A DNA stretch of 64,000 nucleotides. It comes from the human T2T-CHM13v2.0 reference genome, Homo sapiens. Made by a program: the position numbers and the translations under genes. Shown here one piece after another: positions 60,194 through 64,000 of the stretch. The notes under the pieces are model-generated. The model had not been told where the DNA came from. It did not search any database and saw nothing but the letters and a program-made list of their open reading frames with translations. The stretch lies in the NCBI RefSeq assembly GCF_009914755.1, contig NC_060931.1. One strand, 5' to 3'. Each line of letters opens with the position of its first letter. Position 1 is the stretch's first letter.

Positions 60194-62134
60194 TAAGAGT
60201 GATTTCCATCTCACTTTGGAACATTTGGTTTCTGATCACAACTGATTGGACCATAGATGGCTATCTAATCTAAAAGCAGGCAAGCCAAAGCATGGCCCAA
60301 ATTGCCTGGATAGAAAGGATAAATTATATGGATTTATTTTTGTCTAGAAATATAGAAGAGCATGGAACAGTTTGAAATTGCTGAAGTTGAAACAATGTGA
60401 GAGGAGGACATGAGGTGACTGGGCCAAATTTTTTAAGAAACCTTAAATAAGAATAAGATTAGAAAGCAGTAACTTTAATAGATAGCCCTATGAGATAGGG
60501 ATAAAAATGGGAAGTCCAATGTAAGACAAACATGTAGTAGTAAAGGAGAGTTAGAAGAAAAAGTCACACTGAGGACACATGCTAGAATAAATCTCCAGGG
60601 GCCCCTCCTGGGTTCCTTCTTAGAGTGCCTCTTCCTGTGTGCTGATTGTTACTAATTTTCTGATTTTCATTTAGGGGAGCCTTCTATACTAAATTTCGTA
60701 TTCCTTGGGGCTTCCAAATAAAGTTAAAATCTTTCAACCCAACTAACTTATAGTAAAAGAATCATTATATGATTTTTAAACTCCAAACTCCATATTCCCC
60801 TATGGTATTTGCATTTTATTAATTCCAAGATGTTTATAATTGAAAGAGTATTTAGAAGATATTTAGAAACAGAAAATTTTGCATGAATATTACCTACTCA
60901 AGAACTTTGCTTCTCATATCCTCAATAACAGCACCAACTTGACAAGAAATCCTGTTCACAATGCTACTCACCCACCAAAGCAAGATGACATTTATATTAT
61001 GTGTACTGGAGTTTTATTGGTTTGATTGATACATCTCCATGTCCTACCATTAATACAAACATAAACATGCAGTCCTATTAAACTTTATCTTCATGATTAA
61101 GATATTACATATTAAATAAAAAGATTTTCAATTTTTACCATTCCTAATTTAAAATTAAATTTATCCAGGTGAGAATATGTCAAAGAAAGATCATAAGACT
61201 TTTGCTAAGAAACATATTTTAAATGTCACCCCTAAAGATTACATTTCATTCTTAAAAAAAGAAAACCATGCTTTCTATATTACACTGCATTGGGGCATTC
61301 ATGATTAATGAAGACATTTGACAACCAATGTTGAATTTATTTTTTATTTTAGAAAAAGAGTAACATATGCAAGATAATATGAGAAATAGAAACAGAGTAG
61401 AAACAGAAGCCTGTTTGATTCAAATGAGGAAAAATATGTCGACGTTGACTTGACACTATACATACAAAGAAATAAACAGCAGAGATTACAGCAGGGTCCA
61501 GCGTTTGCTTGGAGAAAACTCTTGATCTTGTGTAGTCTCTATCATATTCCTTGCCCCTAGCCAAAATAAACAGAATCTGCGTTTTGTTAAGCAAACATAG
61601 GTTCAGTATAAGCCCTAGTTTTCACTTGACCTCTTGTTGCTATATTTTTCTTCCTAAAGATAAATCAGCTACTAAGCCCAGACAGAAACCATGTCTGGGA
61701 AACATCAGGAACAGCTCTGATCCACACTTTGAAGTAGATAAGGTGGCTTTCAATAGTCCTCATTTCCCTTTTTGTCCTAGTCTTCCTATCCTGGTATTGC
61801 TGCCTCCCAGGTTTCTGACCAAAATGTCATCCTAATCGTTCCTTCTTGTTATTGTTGTTATAATCTTTCCTTCTTCACCCTTTTCCCCCGCACTTAGACA
61901 TGTGGTTGCCAAACTTTATCCTAATGAAGTAAACTCTGCTATGTAGAATCAGTTCCTAAAGTGTGAATTAATTGGCCAGATAAATGAATACAAGCTAATA
62001 CTCTCTTAGATGATCATAGTGTACTGAAAAAAAAAAAATCTTCATCTGTATGGTCAGAACCGTAGGTGACTCTATTATAAGGGATTTTGATAAGCCTTAA
62101 TTCAAACAGAATTTTCAGGCTTTATATTCTGTTT

Positions 62135-62350
62135 ATATGTTGGGTCAAATGGTAGCTCGGTTTTAAGTTATTTGAGAAATGTCCAAGCTGTTTTCCACAG
62201 TGGCTGAGCTAATTTACTCCCACCAACAGTGTGTAAGTGTTCCCTTTTCTCAGCAGACTCTCCGACTTCTGTTGTCTTTTGACTTTTTAATAATAGCCAC
62301 TCTGACTGGTAGAAGATATTTTGATTTGCATTTCTCTGATTAGTGATGAT
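62135..62350 (-). mobile_element. Isolated L1P fragment (ORF2 C-terminal region)
   Basis: GGGTCAAATGGTAGCTC...TTCCACAGTGGCTGAGCTAATTTAC...AATAATAGCCACTCTGACTGGT. Confidence 0.85.
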
Positions 62351-62493
62351 GGTGCTGTAAAAACCAATACTTACCATCCCCCAAATAACCTATTGTCTGA
62401 GTTTTAAAGTCTAAGATACAGATGGTATCATATATCTTAGACAATTATATTAAAAAGCTTTGCCATCAGATCTATTTCTCTCTCAACAAAAGG

Positions 62494-64000
62494 TTTTTTC
62501 TTCCAACTTTTATTTTAGATACAGGGAGTACATGTGCAGGTTTGTTACATGGGTATATTGCACTCAGGTAGTAAATATAGTCCCCAGTAGGTAGTTTTTC
62601 AACCCACGCTCTCCACCATAGTCCACAGTATCTATTGTTTCCATGTTTATGTTCATGTGTGCTCAATGTTTAGCTCCCACTTATAAATGAGAACACATGG
62701 TGTTTGGTTTTCTGTTCCTGCATTAATGCATTTAAGATAATGGCCTCCAGCTGCATCCATGATGCTGCAAAATATATGATTTTGTTATTTTCTATGGCTG
62801 TGTAGTATTTCATGGTGTATATATACCACATTTTCTTTATCCAGTCCACCACTGATAGGCACCTCCATTAATTAAATGTCTTTGCTATTGTGAACAGTGC
62901 AGTGATGAACATACAAATGAATGTGTCTTTTTGTTACAATCATCTATTTTGCTTTGTGTATTCCAGTAATGGAATTGCTGAGTCAAATGGTAGCTGTCTT
63001 TTAAGTTCTTTGAGAAATCTCCAAACTGCTTTCCACAGTGGCTGAACTAATTTACATTCTCACCACCATCTCACTGGTGTGAGATGGTATCTCATTGTAG
63101 TTTTAATTTGCATTTCTCTGAAGATTAGTGATGATGAGCATTTTTCATATATAATATTGATTGGCTGGCTGCTTGTATTTCTTCTGAGAAGTGTCTGTTC
63201 ATATCCTTTATCTATTTTTAAATAGAGTTTTTTGTTTTTTGCTTGTTGATTTGTTTAAATACTTTATAGATGCTCGATATTAGACCATTGTTGGATGCAA
63301 AGTTTGCAAATATTTTCTCCCATTTTGTAGGTTGTCTGTTTACTCTATTAATGGTTTATTTCACTATGCAAAAGCTCTTTAGTTTAATTAGGTCTCACTT
63401 GTCAATTTTTGGTTATTTTGCAGTTGCTTTGGGGATTTTTCAAAAATTCTTTTCCAAGGCTGATGTAGAGAAGAGTATTTCCTAGGTTTTCTTCTAGAAT
63501 TTTTCCAGTGTAAGGTCTTACGTATAAATCTATAATCCATCTTGGTTAATTTTTTATGTGGTAAAAGGTAAGGGTCCAGTTTTATTCTCCTGCATATGGC
63601 TAGGAAACAATCCCAGCACTATTTACTCAGTAGAGAGTCATTCCCCATTGCTTGTTTTTGTCAGCCTTGTCAAAGATCAGATAGTTGTTTAAGTGTGCGA
63701 CTTTATTTCTGGGCTCTCTAATCTGTTCCATTGGTCTATATTTCTCTTTTCTGTACCAGTGCCGTGCTGTTTTGGTTACCATAGCTTTATAATGCAGTTT
63801 AAAGTTGGGTAGTGTGATGCCTCTTGCTTTGTTCTTTTTACTTAGCATTGCTTTAGCTATTTGGGCTCTTTTTTGGTTTCATATGAATTCTGGTGTAGTT
63901 TTTTTTCTAATTCTGTGAAGAATGACCTCGTTAGTTTGAAAAGAATAGCATTGAATCTGTAAATTGTCTTGGGCAGTATGGTCATTTTAATGATATTGAT
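62494..64000 (-). mobile_element. L1PA15/16-like LINE-1 3' region, running off the window end
   Basis: CCAACTTTTATTTTAGATACAGGGAGTACATGTGCAGG; ORF2 remnant [19 protein letters not shown]. Confidence 0.92.

Noticed and set aside
61349-61594. 81-aa minus-strand ORF with an internal acceptor-like site
   Set aside because: Non-ATG start, no recognisable homology, length expected by chance

Overview
This is AT-rich primate (probably human/hominoid) genomic DNA, dominated by interspersed repeats. There is no recognisable protein-coding gene, CRISPR array or intact RNA gene. The long ORFs in the track are decayed LINE-1 ORF1/ORF2 pieces, their antisense shadows, Alu frames or GC-rich LTR12 frames. 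Repeat content: several generations of LINE-1 (old L1M fragments, an internally deleted L1MA-type element, a near full-length L1PB1-like element carrying a nested 5'-inverted L1PA8-like element, L1PA4/5-like and L1PA15/16-like 3' ends), three ERV9 LTR12-family solo LTRs, one HERV-K(HML-2) LTR5, other solo LTRs, seven Alus, MIRs, DNA-transposon relics and an AT-only minisatellite. The interesting signal lies at element junctions. (1) An L1 insertion carries an antisense 5S rRNA fragment inside its target-site duplication (TSD), suggesting second-strand priming on a different RNA. (2) An L1 3' transduction with its own AATAAA and second poly(A) splits an Alu. (3) Several locally templated repair insertions occur, including a 105-bp inverted copy ending in a perfect 24-bp palindrome. 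(4) An ultra-truncated poly(A) retro-insertion retains an 18-bp TSD. (5) Four retroviral promoters face each other across about 27 kb. (6) A well-formed orphan 72-nt exon candidate sits in unique sequence. Subfamily names come from recalled consensus motifs, not from a search, and boundaries of old elements are approximate. I see no evidence for a new gene system, only unusual retrotransposition and repair products.
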